Sequence record: NZ_CP017041.1
Reading direction: 5' to 3' (one strand)
DNA: 64,000 bases
Origin: a plasmid
Shown: positions 29,301 to 39,454 of the stretch, piece after piece
Layout: each line of letters begins with the position of its first letter
How positions within the stretch are numbered: the first letter of the stretch is position 1
Position numbers and translations under genes: made by a program
The notes under the pieces: generated by a model
Told to the model about the DNA's origin: nothing
Database searches by the model: none
Seen by the model: the letters and a program-made list of their open reading frames with translations, nothing else

Positions 29301-30190
29301 CCACCACTGCTTTGTCTCTGCTGGCCGGAGCCGTTGTCACCGTCGGACTGCTGGTCATCACAGCAGCGTTCCGGCCTGCCCCAGGCCCTGATCTGGTAGC
29401 CGCCCTGGAGGTGGTGTCAGGTCGCACCTCAAGCGTTGACGAACAGATCGACCAGACCCGAATCGGGCGGCTAGGTCGCAGCGTGACCCGCACATTCCAT
29501 CTGTCGGTGTCCCCAGCTATGCGGGCCGCACTACGCCTCCAGGGCACCACCCCCGAGGCGTTCTACGGTCGCCGCCTGATGAGCGCGCTGGCCGGGGCGA
29601 TCCTGCCGTGGCTGCTCAACGCGATAGCCATCGCGGTAGGGGCGAATTTCCCAAGCCTGCTCATCCCTGCGGCGCTGTGTGTAGCGTTAGCTGGCGCCGG
29701 ATGGATGCTGCCAGCAGCACGACTGAAGGCTGCAACCGGACCAACCAACGATGATTCGTTCGAGGCACTGCTGGTATTCATCGACCTGGTCGTGTTGGAG
29801 CGGCTAGCCAATGAAACCTCCGTCGACGCACTCACCAATGCGGCGCATGTCTCGGATGCCCCACTGTTCATCCAAATCCGTCAAGTCCTGAATCGAGCCG
29901 CCCTCGAGAACGTCGACCCGTGGAACGGGCTAGACCGGCTAGCCGACGACATCAAACTGCCCGAACTCACCGATGTGGTCTCCATCGCCCGCCTCCAAGA
30001 AGAAGGCGCCTCCTTGGTCGACAGTTTCCGCGCCCGGGTCGCCGAGCTGCGCGACGCCTACCTGCTGCGCCTCCAGCAGGAATCCACCACCATCACCCAG
30101 CGCCTCGGCTTGTGGACAGTCCTGCAAGCAGGCTCGGTCATGCTCATCTTGTTAGGAGCAGCCGCCCTCACCCTCATCACAACCGGATAA
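29297..30190 (+). CDS. tadC: TadC-like inner-membrane platform protein
   Basis: Second GspF-like membrane protein. Overlaps the tadB stop. Confidence 0.6.
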   Translation: MTTTALSLLAGAVVTVGLLVITAAFRPAPGPDLVAALEVVSGRTSSVDEQIDQTRIGRLGRSVTRTFHLSVSPAMRAALRLQGTTPEAFYGRRLMSALAGAILPWLLNAIAIAVGANFPSLLIPAALCVALAGAGWMLPAARLKAATGPTNDDSFEALLVFIDLVVLERLANETSVDALTNAAHVSDAPLFIQIRQVLNRAALENVDPWNGLDRLADDIKLPELTDVVSIARLQEEGASLVDSFRARVAELRDAYLLRLQQESTTITQRLGLWTVLQAGSVMLILLGAAALTLITTG

Positions 30191-30297
30191 ATCGGCATCG
30201 TGTCGAGCCCCCACACCACGAAAGAATCATCCATAATGACGGCCATAGGCACCACAATGCCGATCACATCGAAATCGAAAGTGAAGGAGAACTCATA

Positions 30298-30489
30298 ATG
30301 ACCGATCTCGACCTAGCCAAGAACCAGATCACCTGGCTAGCCGCACACCTGCGCTCCCGGGTTGTTGACGAGCGTGGTGGTGGTAGTTCCACCGTGGAGA
30401 CATTGATTTGGATTGGTGTCATCGTGGTGGCGGTGATTGCTGTGGGCGCCGGGGTGACGGCGTTCATCAAGTCGAAGATGCCTCACTAA
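30298..30489 (+). CDS. flp: Flp-family pilin-like small protein (63 aa, single TM)
   Basis: RBS GAAGGAGAA before ATG 30298. ERGGGSSTVETLIWIGVIVVAVIAVGAGVTAF matches the Flp/TadE-type N-terminal hydrophobic domain. Embedded in the longer artifact ORF 29920..30489. Confidence 0.45.
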   Translation: MTDLDLAKNQITWLAAHLRSRVVDERGGGSSTVETLIWIGVIVVAVIAVGAGVTAFIKSKMPH

Positions 30490-30870
30490 GTGATGCGAGA
30501 CAAGGTGAGGACCGATCAGCGTGGTGGTGGTTCGGCGTCGGTGGGGATGCTGCTGCTGGTGCCGGCGATCATGCTGATGACATTCGGCGGGATTGAGATC
30601 GGGTTGTGGTATCACGCCCATCAGTCGACCCTCGCTGCGGCCCAAAGCGCCGCGGAGGCTCAGCGTGTCGTCCACCCGGATCCGGGGTCGGCGCAGGAGG
30701 CAGCCGAGAGAATCACCAGTCATGGCGGGGTGCGTGATACCCGGATATCGGTCAGTGATGACGGGGCCACCGTCACGGTGACCGTCTCGGGTCGGGCCCC
30801 ATCGATGTTGGGGTTGCATCTGCCGGCTGTGTCGTCAACGACGTCGATGCCTAAGGAGCGTCTGTCATGA
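30490..30870 (+). CDS. tadE: TadE/TadG-like pseudopilin
   Basis: N-terminal QRGGGSASVGMLLLVPAIMLMTFGGIEIGLWYHA (TadE N-domain pattern). Confidence 0.6.
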   Translation: MMRDKVRTDQRGGGSASVGMLLLVPAIMLMTFGGIEIGLWYHAHQSTLAAAQSAAEAQRVVHPDPGSAQEAAERITSHGGVRDTRISVSDDGATVTVTVSGRAPSMLGLHLPAVSSTTSMPKERLS

Positions 30871-31280
30871 GGCGCAGCGAGCGCGGTGGAGCGAGTCTGA
30901 GCGTCGAGGTGCTGATGTGGGCACCGATTGCGCTAGTGGTCATCGGGTTTGTCGCAGCCATTGGCCGGATGTCGATGGCCCAGGATGCGGTGAGGGGCGC
31001 GGCGGGGGCGGCGGCCCGGGCGGCGTCGTTAGAGCGTGAGGGCCAGTCGGCTCAGTCCGCGGCAGTCCAGGCGGCGACCGCGAATCTGTCGGCCGGTGGG
31101 CTGACGTGTACTCCACGTGTGAGCGTGGACACCTCAGTGTTCACCCGTCCTGCCGGTCAGGCGGGCACGGTATACGCCACGGTTACGTGTGTCACTTCGC
31201 TAGGACCCGGGTTCGGGTCTCGGACGGTGCACGCGACAGGGGCGGCCCCGGTAGACACCTACCGGCAAAGGAGAGGCTGA
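30867..31280 (+). CDS. TadE/TadG-like pseudopilin
   Basis: N-terminal SERGGASLSVEVLMWAPIALVVIGFVAAIG. Confidence 0.55.
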   Translation: MRRSERGGASLSVEVLMWAPIALVVIGFVAAIGRMSMAQDAVRGAAGAAARAASLEREGQSAQSAAVQAATANLSAGGLTCTPRVSVDTSVFTRPAGQAGTVYATVTCVTSLGPGFGSRTVHATGAAPVDTYRQRRG

Positions 31281-31281
31281 G

Positions 31282-31677
31282 ATGGATGAGCGTGGCGGCG
31301 GTTCGGCGTCGGTGTGGATGCTGCTCATGGTGCCAGTGATCCTGGTGGTGGCCGGTCTGGTCTTTGACGGGTCCCGTCAGATCTCAGCAACCCAGGCGGC
31401 TCAGGATGCTGCGGTGGCGGCGACCCGCGCCGGAACCGATGCGGCAGCAACCCCGCAACTGGCCGGCCGCGACGGTGCGGCCGCGGCTGTCCAGGCAGCC
31501 CGACAGGCGCTGTCTGCGGCCGGGGTGAGTGGATCGGTGCAGGTGGGCGGGGTGACCATCACGGTGACCACGTCTCAGAGCCGGCCGACGCTGTTTCTGT
31601 CGGCGATCGGAATCAGCCAGGTGACCGGGCACGGGAAGGCTCATGCCCAGCTTGTAGGACCGGGAGAACGTCCATGA
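31282..31677 (+). CDS. TadE/TadG-like pseudopilin
   Basis: N-terminal DERGGGSASVWMLLMVPVILVVAGLVFDGSRQ. Confidence 0.55.
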   Translation: MDERGGGSASVWMLLMVPVILVVAGLVFDGSRQISATQAAQDAAVAATRAGTDAAATPQLAGRDGAAAAVQAARQALSAAGVSGSVQVGGVTITVTTSQSRPTLFLSAIGISQVTGHGKAHAQLVGPGERP

Positions 31678-34600
31678 CAGTGATGCGTCGTATCCGTGCC
31701 CTGGTGGCGCTATGCGTGGTGATCGTCGGCCTACCGATCGGGCTGGCGGTTGCGGGCGCCCCACTGATGCCTTCGGGTCTGTCGTGGGCTCATCTACGGC
31801 ATCTGCTAACGACCCCGGATATGACCGGGTCTGTGCTGGTGTGGCTGGTCAGCCTCATCGGCTGGATCTGCTGGGCGTGGTTTACCCTGGCCGTGGCAGC
31901 CGAGGCGGTCACGATGGCCTCGGGGCGTCGACTTCGGTTGCACATGCCTGGCCCCCGCGTGGTACCCCGCGTGGCTGCCGGTCTCCTTATTGCCGCGTTC
32001 GCGGCCGCACCGGCGGCCACGTCGATAGCTCACGCCGCAGAGGCCCCCCATGTGGCGGTTACCGCCCAGGTGGCCCCAGCCCACGCGGCTACCACCCATA
32101 ACAGTCATGGCCCTCACACCCCCGGGGCTCCGAAGATCTGGAAGACTCACACGGTGCGGCCCGGCGACTACCTGTGGGAGATCGCCGAGCACTACTACGG
32201 TGACGGCTCCCACTTCCGTCGTATCGCCGAGGCCTCCGGTATCGACCCGCACTCGGAACTGAAAGCCGGCCAAAAACTGGTCCTACCAGTTCCCGAAAAC
32301 ACAGCCGCGGTTCATTCGGTCCAGGCGGGGGAGTACCTGTGGGAGATCGCCGAGCACTACTACGGTGACGGCTCCCAGTTTCATAAAATCGCCGAGGCTT
32401 CCGGTATCGACGCCCATTCCGATCTAGCCGTGGGCCAAAAACTCATCATCCCCGGGCCTCTCCACCACGCCACAGCCCCAACATCAACCCATCCGAAGGT
32501 CCACACGCCGAATGCCGCGGTGGTCCCCGCATCCGCGACTGCGCCTGTCCATAAGGCCACACCTGCGCCCGCCCCGACGTCGTCTATTCCAGCTCACCCG
32601 AAGGCCCCGGCCGTCTCCTCTGCCGGCCACTCAACCAGCGACAAGCACCCCACCAGCCCAGCCACCGTCGCCGCTATTAGTGACGAGGAGGCCTTGTCCC
32701 CGGTTCAGGTGGGGCTGACCGCCAGCGTCGGACTCGTGCTCGTCGCCGGGCTGGTCACCACCCTTAACCGCCGCTACCGGACCCGGTTCACCCGCCAGCC
32801 CCGCGGCACGGCCATGACCCTGCCCAGCCCAGACGCCCAAACCGCTGAGATAGCGCTACGCAGCACCAGGGCAACCGACACTCTGACGATCACATGCCTC
32901 GACCAGGCGCTCCGCGCGATCGGCGCATGGTGCCACCACACCGGGCACCCGCTGCCACCCCTGCTGGCTGCCCGCATCGACGACGACCGAATCGACCTGC
33001 TGCTATCGGCGTCCACCCCCGACCATCCCAAAGCGGTAGACCTAACCGCCGACGGATCGGTGTGGACCCTGACCGCCGAGCGGATCGACGACCTGCTAGC
33101 CCACGCCGACGACGACCAGGCAGCCCCGTGGCCATCTCTGGTCACGCTGGGACGCGACGACGACGGCGCCCATATTCTTATCGACCTGGAAGCCGCAGGG
33201 ACCTTGCACCTGATCGGCGACGACCAAGTCGACACAGCCCTGGCCGCCATCGCTGTAGAACTAGCCACCTGCGACTGGTCCGACGAGGTCAACATCACCC
33301 TGGTCGGCCAAATATGCCCAGGCCTAGAAGAGGCGTTAGGATCTGCGACCCTGACCCGCGCCGCCGACGTTGACGCCCTCCTCACCACCCTGGAAGCTCG
33401 CGCCAACGATCAGCGGCGCATCCTCACCGAGGAAAGCCCCCTCGCCGCTCACCGAGCTGACCCAGCCCTCTCTGACGGGTTCGACACCGAAGTAATCCTC
33501 CTCAACACCGACCTAACCGAAGCCCAGCGCGACCGGCTCGCCAACCTCATCGAAGCCCTTCCCCGAGTGTCAGTCGCCGCAGTAACAACCAGCCACACCA
33601 GCCCACACGAATGGTCCCTCACCTTGACAGGGGACCCCCTAGTCGCCAAGCTGGCCCCTCTCGGCTGGCATGTCCACCCCCAAACCCTCTCCCCAGACCT
33701 CTACGACCGCGTGGTCGAACTGTTAGCCAATTCCGCTGACGACGATTACGAACCTGCCAGCTGGTGGGACCACAACACCGAAATCAAACCAAACACCAGC
33801 CAGGACGACGAAGATAAGACTGCCATCAGCAGGCACACCCGCCCGAATATCCGCCTAACCACTCTGACCGGCGACATCAACCTATCCAGCGTCGACATCG
33901 ACACCATCATCGACGACGCCAACCAGGCCCTCAACGCCGACGAACCCACCGACCAGGTTCGTGTCAATGCCCACCAACCCGGCACCGATACCCCCTTCCC
34001 CATCGACGACATCGACCCGCTGAACTCAGGCCACCCCGTCCTATCAATCATCGGCCACCCCAACATCACCGGTACCACCGGAACCGCCGGGCGCTCCCCG
34101 TGGCGCTGCCAGCAGCTAGCTCTCTACATCGCTGAGCATCCGGGAGTATCAGGGGCAACTATCGCCGACGATTTGGGTCTATCAGGTGCGACGGTGCGCT
34201 CGATTGCTACACACCTACGACACTGGTTGGGGGCCGATGAGGCCGGGGTGGCTTACATGCCGGCGGCCACGCATGGCTACCGGCTCGATGACCGGATCGT
34301 CACTGATGTGGATTTGATCGACGCCGCCCTGGCCGGGCGGGGTATCAACACCGCTGAGACGGCTACTCTGGTGGCCATTTTGAAACTGGGCCGGGGTCGG
34401 GTCTTCGCCGGCGTTCCTGACTCGGATCTTCGCCAGTTCCGGGCATCGATGTACCACGTGGAGGCCCGCATCGTCGATGCTGCTCTCCAGGTGACTGATC
34501 GGGCTCTGGAGGCCGGGGACCTGGGGCTGGCCCGCTGGGCGCTAACCCAAGGACTGCTGGTATCTCCCGATCATGAAGATCTGGTGGCTGGGTGTCTACG

Positions 34601-34751
34601 CACCGAATACCAGGCCGGGAATATGGAAAAAGTCGCCGAACTCGTCGATCATTTATCGGCTACCGCGCGACGGCTGGGTGTCGACTTGAGCGCCGACACC
34701 ACCCGGATCATCGACTCCGTTATTACCCATACACGCAGGAGAGCGTCATGA
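31674..34751 (+). CDS. Large membrane protein: TM - LysM x2 - Pro-rich linker - TM - cytoplasmic region ending in BTAD/SARP-like helical domain
   Basis: Two near-identical LysM units (VRPGDYLWEIAEHYYGDGSHFRRIAEASGID...GQKLVLP and VQAGEYLWEIAEHYYGDGSQFHKIAEASGID...GQKLIIP). C-terminal HLRHWLG...LDDRIVTDVDLIDAAL...GRVFAGV... resembles a bacterial transcriptional activation domain. Confidence 0.55.
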   Translation: MTVMRRIRALVALCVVIVGLPIGLAVAGAPLMPSGLSWAHLRHLLTTPDMTGSVLVWLVSLIGWICWAWFTLAVAAEAVTMASGRRLRLHMPGPRVVPRVAAGLLIAAFAAAPAATSIAHAAEAPHVAVTAQVAPAHAATTHNSHGPHTPGAPKIWKTHTVRPGDYLWEIAEHYYGDGSHFRRIAEASGIDPHSELKAGQKLVLPVPENTAAVHSVQAGEYLWEIAEHYYGDGSQFHKIAEASGIDAHSDLAVGQKLIIPGPLHHATAPTSTHPKVHTPNAAVVPASATAPVHKATPAPAPTSSIPAHPKAPAVSSAGHSTSDKHPTSPATVAAISDEEALSPVQVGLTASVGLVLVAGLVTTLNRRYRTRFTRQPRGTAMTLPSPDAQTAEIALRSTRATDTLTITCLDQALRAIGAWCHHTGHPLPPLLAARIDDDRIDLLLSASTPDHPKAVDLTADGSVWTLTAERIDDLLAHADDDQAAPWPSLVTLGRDDDGAHILIDLEAAGTLHLIGDDQVDTALAAIAVELATCDWSDEVNITLVGQICPGLEEALGSATLTRAADVDALLTTLEARANDQRRILTEESPLAAHRADPALSDGFDTEVILLNTDLTEAQRDRLANLIEALPRVSVAAVTTSHTSPHEWSLTLTGDPLVAKLAPLGWHVHPQTLSPDLYDRVVELLANSADDDYEPASWWDHNTEIKPNTSQDDEDKTAISRHTRPNIRLTTLTGDINLSSVDIDTIIDDANQALNADEPTDQVRVNAHQPGTDTPFPIDDIDPLNSGHPVLSIIGHPNITGTTGTAGRSPWRCQQLALYIAEHPGVSGATIADDLGLSGATVRSIATHLRHWLGADEAGVAYMPAATHGYRLDDRIVTDVDLIDAALAGRGINTAETATLVAILKLGRGRVFAGVPDSDLRQFRASMYHVEARIVDAALQVTDRALEAGDLGLARWALTQGLLVSPDHEDLVAGCLRTEYQAGNMEKVAELVDHLSATARRLGVDLSADTTRIIDSVITHTRRRAS

Positions 34752-34787
34752 TCTCCCGTTGCACTCATCCCTATCAGGAAGGTTCCT

Positions 34788-35375
34788 ATGCACCATTATC
34801 GTCTTGGTATCGGCACTGCCCTCATCGCGGTAGCCGCCGTGGCCGGCTGTCGCTCAACAGACTCGACACCCACACCACCTCCATCCCGTGTCTCCGCCAC
34901 GACATCAGCGAGCTCTACCCTCAGCCCGACCCCGTCAGCCGGAGCGATCAGTGCCGCCGACGCCGAAAAGGTCTACCGCACCGCCTACATCAATAACTTC
35001 GAGGTGGAGAAGATGGGAGGCCTGGCCCCTGGTGAGCCGGCCCCGCTCATGCTCACCAACTACGCCTCCGGCCAAGCCCTCAAGAACTACATGATCTTCA
35101 ACCGCAAGGTCTACAACCTAGGCATCCGATGGAAGTCAGGGGCCCCAAAAATCACGGCAGTACGGGAGAAGAAGGGTGATACCACCTATCCTGAGGCTGC
35201 TATCGCTTTGGAGTCCTGCGAGGACGGCCGCTCTATCCGTACTGTGGACCGCCACGGAGAAGCTGACCATGGACGCATCATCCATCTCGATAGCTGGTAT
35301 GCCCGCGACAAGAAGGGCACCGTCAAAATGATCGCACGTAACGGAGTGGAGGTCCCCTCATGCGACGTCAAGTAA
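34788..35375 (+). CDS. Lipoprotein
   Basis: Signal peptide with lipobox AVAGC. Thr/Pro-rich linker. Confidence 0.45.
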   Translation: MHHYRLGIGTALIAVAAVAGCRSTDSTPTPPPSRVSATTSASSTLSPTPSAGAISAADAEKVYRTAYINNFEVEKMGGLAPGEPAPLMLTNYASGQALKNYMIFNRKVYNLGIRWKSGAPKITAVREKKGDTTYPEAAIALESCEDGRSIRTVDRHGEADHGRIIHLDSWYARDKKGTVKMIARNGVEVPSCDVK

Positions 35376-36268
35376 TCACCGCGGGCCTCCTGAGCCTGGC
35401 CCTCGCCGCCATGCCCCTGACCGCCCTCGCAGACGACGAAAACTTCAGTAGCCATACGGACACGAATGGTCCTGGCTATGACGTGCGGGTAGATGTGTGG
35501 AACCATCCTCATTCTGGGGCTCATACTCGCTCGGGGGATCGGGGCGGTGATGGGAAGAATCATGATGATGGCCCGGGCGAGGCTACGTCTGTTGATGGGT
35601 TGTCGCAGGCTGATGCGTGGGCTGCTCATGCCGGGTATGCCTCGGCGGCTAACTATCAGTGTCAGATGATGAAGTCTTTTCTTGATAGTTCCGAATCGGC
35701 GCATATGACTGCCGCTGAACGTGCCAGCGGGCAAGCCGATTTCACTAAGAAATGCCGGACGGATCCGTCAGGTAAGGCCAGTGCGATCCCTGACCCGGCC
35801 TGGCTGGGACGCCATGCGGCCATGAAGATGACCCTGCCCGGTGCCCGACCGGTCATTGCCCCTGACCCGAGTCTGAATCAGTGGCATTCGGCGGCGGTGG
35901 GCCAGGCGTTGTGGCTGTCGGTTGATGATCCCACCGCCACCACGCACAAATCGATCACGTTTATGGGACAGATTGTCTCGTTGAGCGCCAAACGAAACGG
36001 TCTGTCGTTTGATATGGGCGACGGCCACACCGTCCATTGCGACGCCACGACCCCCTGGAGTCCGTCGGTGGAGCCGGGCACCCCCTCCCCAACGTGCGGC
36101 TACACCTATCAGCAGGCAGCCCCGCCAGAGGGCTACAAGGTCACCGCGATCACGTCGTGGGATGTGACGTGGTCGGTGCTGGGCCACACCGGGTCAGTCC
36201 ATATTGAAAAGGCCGGTGGGCAGATGCTTCCGGTCGGCGAGTTGGAGTCGGTTGTCACCCACCGATGA
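35360..36268 (+). CDS. Secreted protein (signal peptide), unknown function
   Basis: MRRQVITAGLLSLALAAMPLTALA signal. Overlaps the neighbouring genes. Confidence 0.4.
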   Translation: MRRQVITAGLLSLALAAMPLTALADDENFSSHTDTNGPGYDVRVDVWNHPHSGAHTRSGDRGGDGKNHDDGPGEATSVDGLSQADAWAAHAGYASAANYQCQMMKSFLDSSESAHMTAAERASGQADFTKKCRTDPSGKASAIPDPAWLGRHAAMKMTLPGARPVIAPDPSLNQWHSAAVGQALWLSVDDPTATTHKSITFMGQIVSLSAKRNGLSFDMGDGHTVHCDATTPWSPSVEPGTPSPTCGYTYQQAAPPEGYKVTAITSWDVTWSVLGHTGSVHIEKAGGQMLPVGELESVVTHR

Positions 36269-37263
36269 CCCCCGATAGCCCCACCCTCTACGAGGTGTTA
36301 GGGGTTGCCCCCGACGCCACCGACACCCAGCTCAAGACGGCATGGCGCCTCGCCGCGAAAGCGACCCACCCCGATGCCGGCGGCGACCCCCAGGCGTTCA
36401 CCACCGCCCAGCACGCCTGGGAAGTGTTGTCTGACCCGGGCTCCCGCGCCTCCTATGATGCCGCCCTGGCGGGAGAAGGCGACCCCGACGTAGAGGCCCC
36501 AGACAACACCGTCGACCCCTTGACCCCCTCGTGGTCGTGGAGTGTCTCCTTCATCGATGCCACCCCGCAGCTACGCCACACCCGGCCCGGCACGCTCGCC
36601 GCGATCGTGGTAGCCGCCGCCGGGGTCGAGGCCGGGATCGGCTGGCATGAGGCGTTGGAGGCCCTCGCCCCCTCTCCCGGGTTCGTAGGTTCGTGGTGGA
36701 TGACCTCGGTTCCGGTCGTGGCCGCAGTGACATGGCTCGCGGCGATCACGGGGGTACAGGCCATCATGGCCGGGATCGGCTGGCTGGGGTGGGGCTTGAT
36801 CGGTGCCGCCTGCCTGTGGGGACACCCGTGGGCTGTGGCCGTATTGGGAGCCGGATGGGTGGCCTGGGTAGCCGCCGCAGTGTGGTGGTGGCGCCGACGG
36901 ATGGCCTGGCCTGCCCGCACCTGCCGGGCAGGAAACATGGTCGACATGCCCGAGGTTGACCCGCCATGGATGGAACCGGTGGAACTGGTAGCAGAACTCA
37001 TCCCCTCCGTGCGGGCCATGTGGTCTCCTGACGGGCAAACGGTGGCTGTAGTAGCCGGTCGGCGGGTAGCAACCTTAGGGATGCCGATGCGAGGGTGGCG
37101 TGGCATCGAGATGCGGGGCTGGAACCCGATCGGTGCCGACACCGCGTGGATCGTTGACCAGATAGGCGGCTGGCTGGCCGACCAAGACAAACCGCTCACC
37201 ATCGACGGGAAAATCTTGTTCGAGACCTGGGACAGGCTACAGACAGTTCGTCCTCACAGCTGA
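36265..37263 (+). CDS. Membrane J-domain (DnaJ-like) protein
   Basis: N-terminal J domain LYEVLGVAPDATDTQLKTAWRLAAKATHPD (HPD motif present) followed by at least 4 TM helices. C-terminal tail ...IDGKILFETWDRLQTVRPHS. Confidence 0.5.
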   Translation: MTPDSPTLYEVLGVAPDATDTQLKTAWRLAAKATHPDAGGDPQAFTTAQHAWEVLSDPGSRASYDAALAGEGDPDVEAPDNTVDPLTPSWSWSVSFIDATPQLRHTRPGTLAAIVVAAAGVEAGIGWHEALEALAPSPGFVGSWWMTSVPVVAAVTWLAAITGVQAIMAGIGWLGWGLIGAACLWGHPWAVAVLGAGWVAWVAAAVWWWRRRMAWPARTCRAGNMVDMPEVDPPWMEPVELVAELIPSVRAMWSPDGQTVAVVAGRRVATLGMPMRGWRGIEMRGWNPIGADTAWIVDQIGGWLADQDKPLTIDGKILFETWDRLQTVRPHS

Positions 37264-37335
37264 GAAAAATTTTGGGTCCGCCCTGCATATCGGGGCCTCT
37301 TCATACCTTCAAAAGTGTGAAGGGGAATACAGACT
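37180..37335. repeat. Direct repeat A (about 155 bp, partner at 39455..39615, about 75-80% identity)
   Basis: Shared strings atcgacggg.atcttgt.cgag.c.tgggacaggct.ca.acag, gaaaaaatttt.gggcccgc and ccttcaa..gtgtgaaggg (hairpin). Confidence 0.55.
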
Positions 37336-37390
37336 CTTCGACTGGAATTAAAATGGTATATGGCGTGTCCGGTCCGCACCCAGCTCCACG

Positions 37391-37699
37391 ATGCGCCATA
37401 GGGGAGCCATAACTTCACCAATCGTATACGATATGAGTGTGGGTGAGCATCTACCGGTGGCCGACAGTCAGATACAAGCATGGGCGGATGAAGCAGAAGC
37501 TGATTATGACCTCAGCATGCTTCCGCCGTCTCGACGTGGTCGCCCACCGGTGGGGAGGGGCCCGGGCACTGTGGTCCCTGTGCGCTTCGACGCGGACACT
37601 CTCAAGGCGTTGTCACAACGAGCCCATGACGAAGGATTGACCACGCGTTCTGACGCGATCCGTGCTGCGGTTAACCAGTGGCTCGGCCTCGGCTCGTAA
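37391..37699 (+). CDS. BrnA-like ribbon-helix-helix antitoxin-family protein (orphan; no adjacent BrnT)
   Basis: QAWADEAEADYDL, RRGRPPVG, and C-terminal RHH VRFDADTLKALSQRAHDEGLTTRSDAIRAAVNQWL. Same family pattern as the BrnA at 6420. Confidence 0.5.
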   Translation: MRHRGAITSPIVYDMSVGEHLPVADSQIQAWADEAEADYDLSMLPPSRRGRPPVGRGPGTVVPVRFDADTLKALSQRAHDEGLTTRSDAIRAAVNQWLGLGS

Positions 37700-38051
37700 A
37701 CATTATCGGCGCGACAACCTTACTGATGACGCTGTTGGTTACGCCGTAGAGCACATCTTGTACTCGTGGGCGCTCGACGATGCTGATGATCCTCGGTGCT
37801 GGATGATGATTCGGTGTTGACCCAGCTGGCCTCCTCATGGAGCTAGTTATCCTCATCTACGACGATGGCTATGAACTCCTGATCCACGCCATGAAAGCCC
37901 GCCCTCAGTATCTGAGCTACTTCGCTATCTAGTGTTGTTGGGCGAGTTGAACTCAACTTTTCTCCGACGCAAGCGCCAATAAAAGGCTGATCCATCCGAA
38001 TACCACCAAACACGGCTGAAGTGTGGAACAGATTCAGCAAGACAGGGTGCG

Positions 38052-39242
38052 GTGCTCGGGTGCGTTGGGGAGATGAGGATATTCAGGCTTCTGGCGGGAT
38101 GTGGCTTGATGACGTCCAGGATCACCGGTTCGGTTTTGAAGGTGCCTTGCATTAATGTCGACAGGGTCGTACGACTCGAGGATTGGATCGACCAGCCCGT
38201 TGCGTCTGAAGAACTTCATCCACCCCGGTGGAGCTCCGGCCGCGTACTGGTGCAACGGATCATTAGCATGGGTAGCGTGAGTATGCCTTCGATCGTGGTC
38301 AGTGCTGTCATCATCCAAGATTCTGACGGGCGGCTTCTCACTGTCCGTAAACGAGGCACCGAGGCATTCATGCTGCCAGGCGGCAAGCCGGAGCCCGGCG
38401 AGGACTCGCGTCAGGCAGTAGTCCGGGAAGTGCACGAAGAGCTCGGCGTCGCATTGTCTTCCGACGACCTGCGTCGGGTGGGAGTGTTCACCACGCGAGC
38501 AGCGAATGAGGCCGGCCATCAGGTGGTGGCGACGATTTTCACCCACACCCCGGTTGCGGTGAGTGAGCCAGCTGCTGAGATCGAGCAGATTCGTTGGCTC
38601 GATTGGAGTGTCGACGCCCTGCCTGACGACCTGGCCCCGCTGCTGGTCGAGGCAGTCATCCCGTGGCTGCGGCGCCGTATCCGGTCGGTCGCTGTATTCA
38701 CGGGTGCGAAGGATGGAACCGACCCTCATTATCGTGTCGAAGCAACCGCCTTGGGCCGGGGTCTCGCACACGCCGGGATCACCCTGGTTTATGGCGGCGG
38801 GAAGGTCGGGATGATGGGTGCTGTTGCTGATGCGGCCCTCGCTGCTGGCGGCGCTGTGATCGGAGTGATGCCGCAGCACTTGGTGGACGGGGAGATCGCC
38901 CATCCTAGTCTGACTCACCTCGAGGTAGTGCGGACTATGCATGAGCGCAAGCAGCGGATGAGTGACCTAGCTGACGCGTTCGTCGCGCTACCCGGCGGCG
39001 GCGGAACCCTTGACGAGCTATTCGAAGCATGGACATGGCAGCAGCTCGGTGTACACAGCAAACCCGTGGCCTTGTACGACTCGACCTTCTGGGCACCGCT
39101 GACCGCGCTACTCAACCACATGACCATCGAAGGCTTCATCCGCCCTGAGGACCGCGCCTCGCTCGTGATCGCCGATACCATACATCAGCTGATGGCCGAT
39201 CTTGAGGGATGGACCCCACCACCACCGAAGTGGCGCTCGTGA
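38052..39242 (+). CDS. NUDIX hydrolase - LOG (lysine-decarboxylase-like/cytokinin riboside 5'-monophosphate phosphoribohydrolase family) fusion protein
   Basis: Nudix box GGKPEPGEDSRQAVVREVHEELGV. LOG signatures TLVYGGGKVGMMGAVADAAL and LPGGGGTLDELFEAWTWQQLGVH. True start may be the internal Met near 38263. Confidence 0.65.
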   Translation: MLGCVGEMRIFRLLAGCGLMTSRITGSVLKVPCINVDRVVRLEDWIDQPVASEELHPPRWSSGRVLVQRIISMGSVSMPSIVVSAVIIQDSDGRLLTVRKRGTEAFMLPGGKPEPGEDSRQAVVREVHEELGVALSSDDLRRVGVFTTRAANEAGHQVVATIFTHTPVAVSEPAAEIEQIRWLDWSVDALPDDLAPLLVEAVIPWLRRRIRSVAVFTGAKDGTDPHYRVEATALGRGLAHAGITLVYGGGKVGMMGAVADAALAAGGAVIGVMPQHLVDGEIAHPSLTHLEVVRTMHERKQRMSDLADAFVALPGGGGTLDELFEAWTWQQLGVHSKPVALYDSTFWAPLTALLNHMTIEGFIRPEDRASLVIADTIHQLMADLEGWTPPPPKWRS

Positions 39243-39454
39243 CATAGAACAAATGATTCTGACTATGGCTCATTGACATCTGCGCAGCGGCTACTAGCTC
39301 CATTGACTTCAAATCGGGCCTTGGCCGAGGCTCGGTTCAGGTGGCCCGGAATGGATCCCCACAAATTGAATGCTCATGATCGAGGTGATGAACGCCCACT
39401 CTATTGTCCTACGCCCGGTTGTATCCAGCGAGCAATTGAAGGTGCTGCGCCTGC

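Noticed and set aside
29920-30489. 189-aa ORF upstream-extended over the flp-like gene
   Set aside because: The N-terminal 126 codons are Arg/Pro/His-rich and overlap tadC. The true gene is the 63-aa ORF with its own RBS at 30298.
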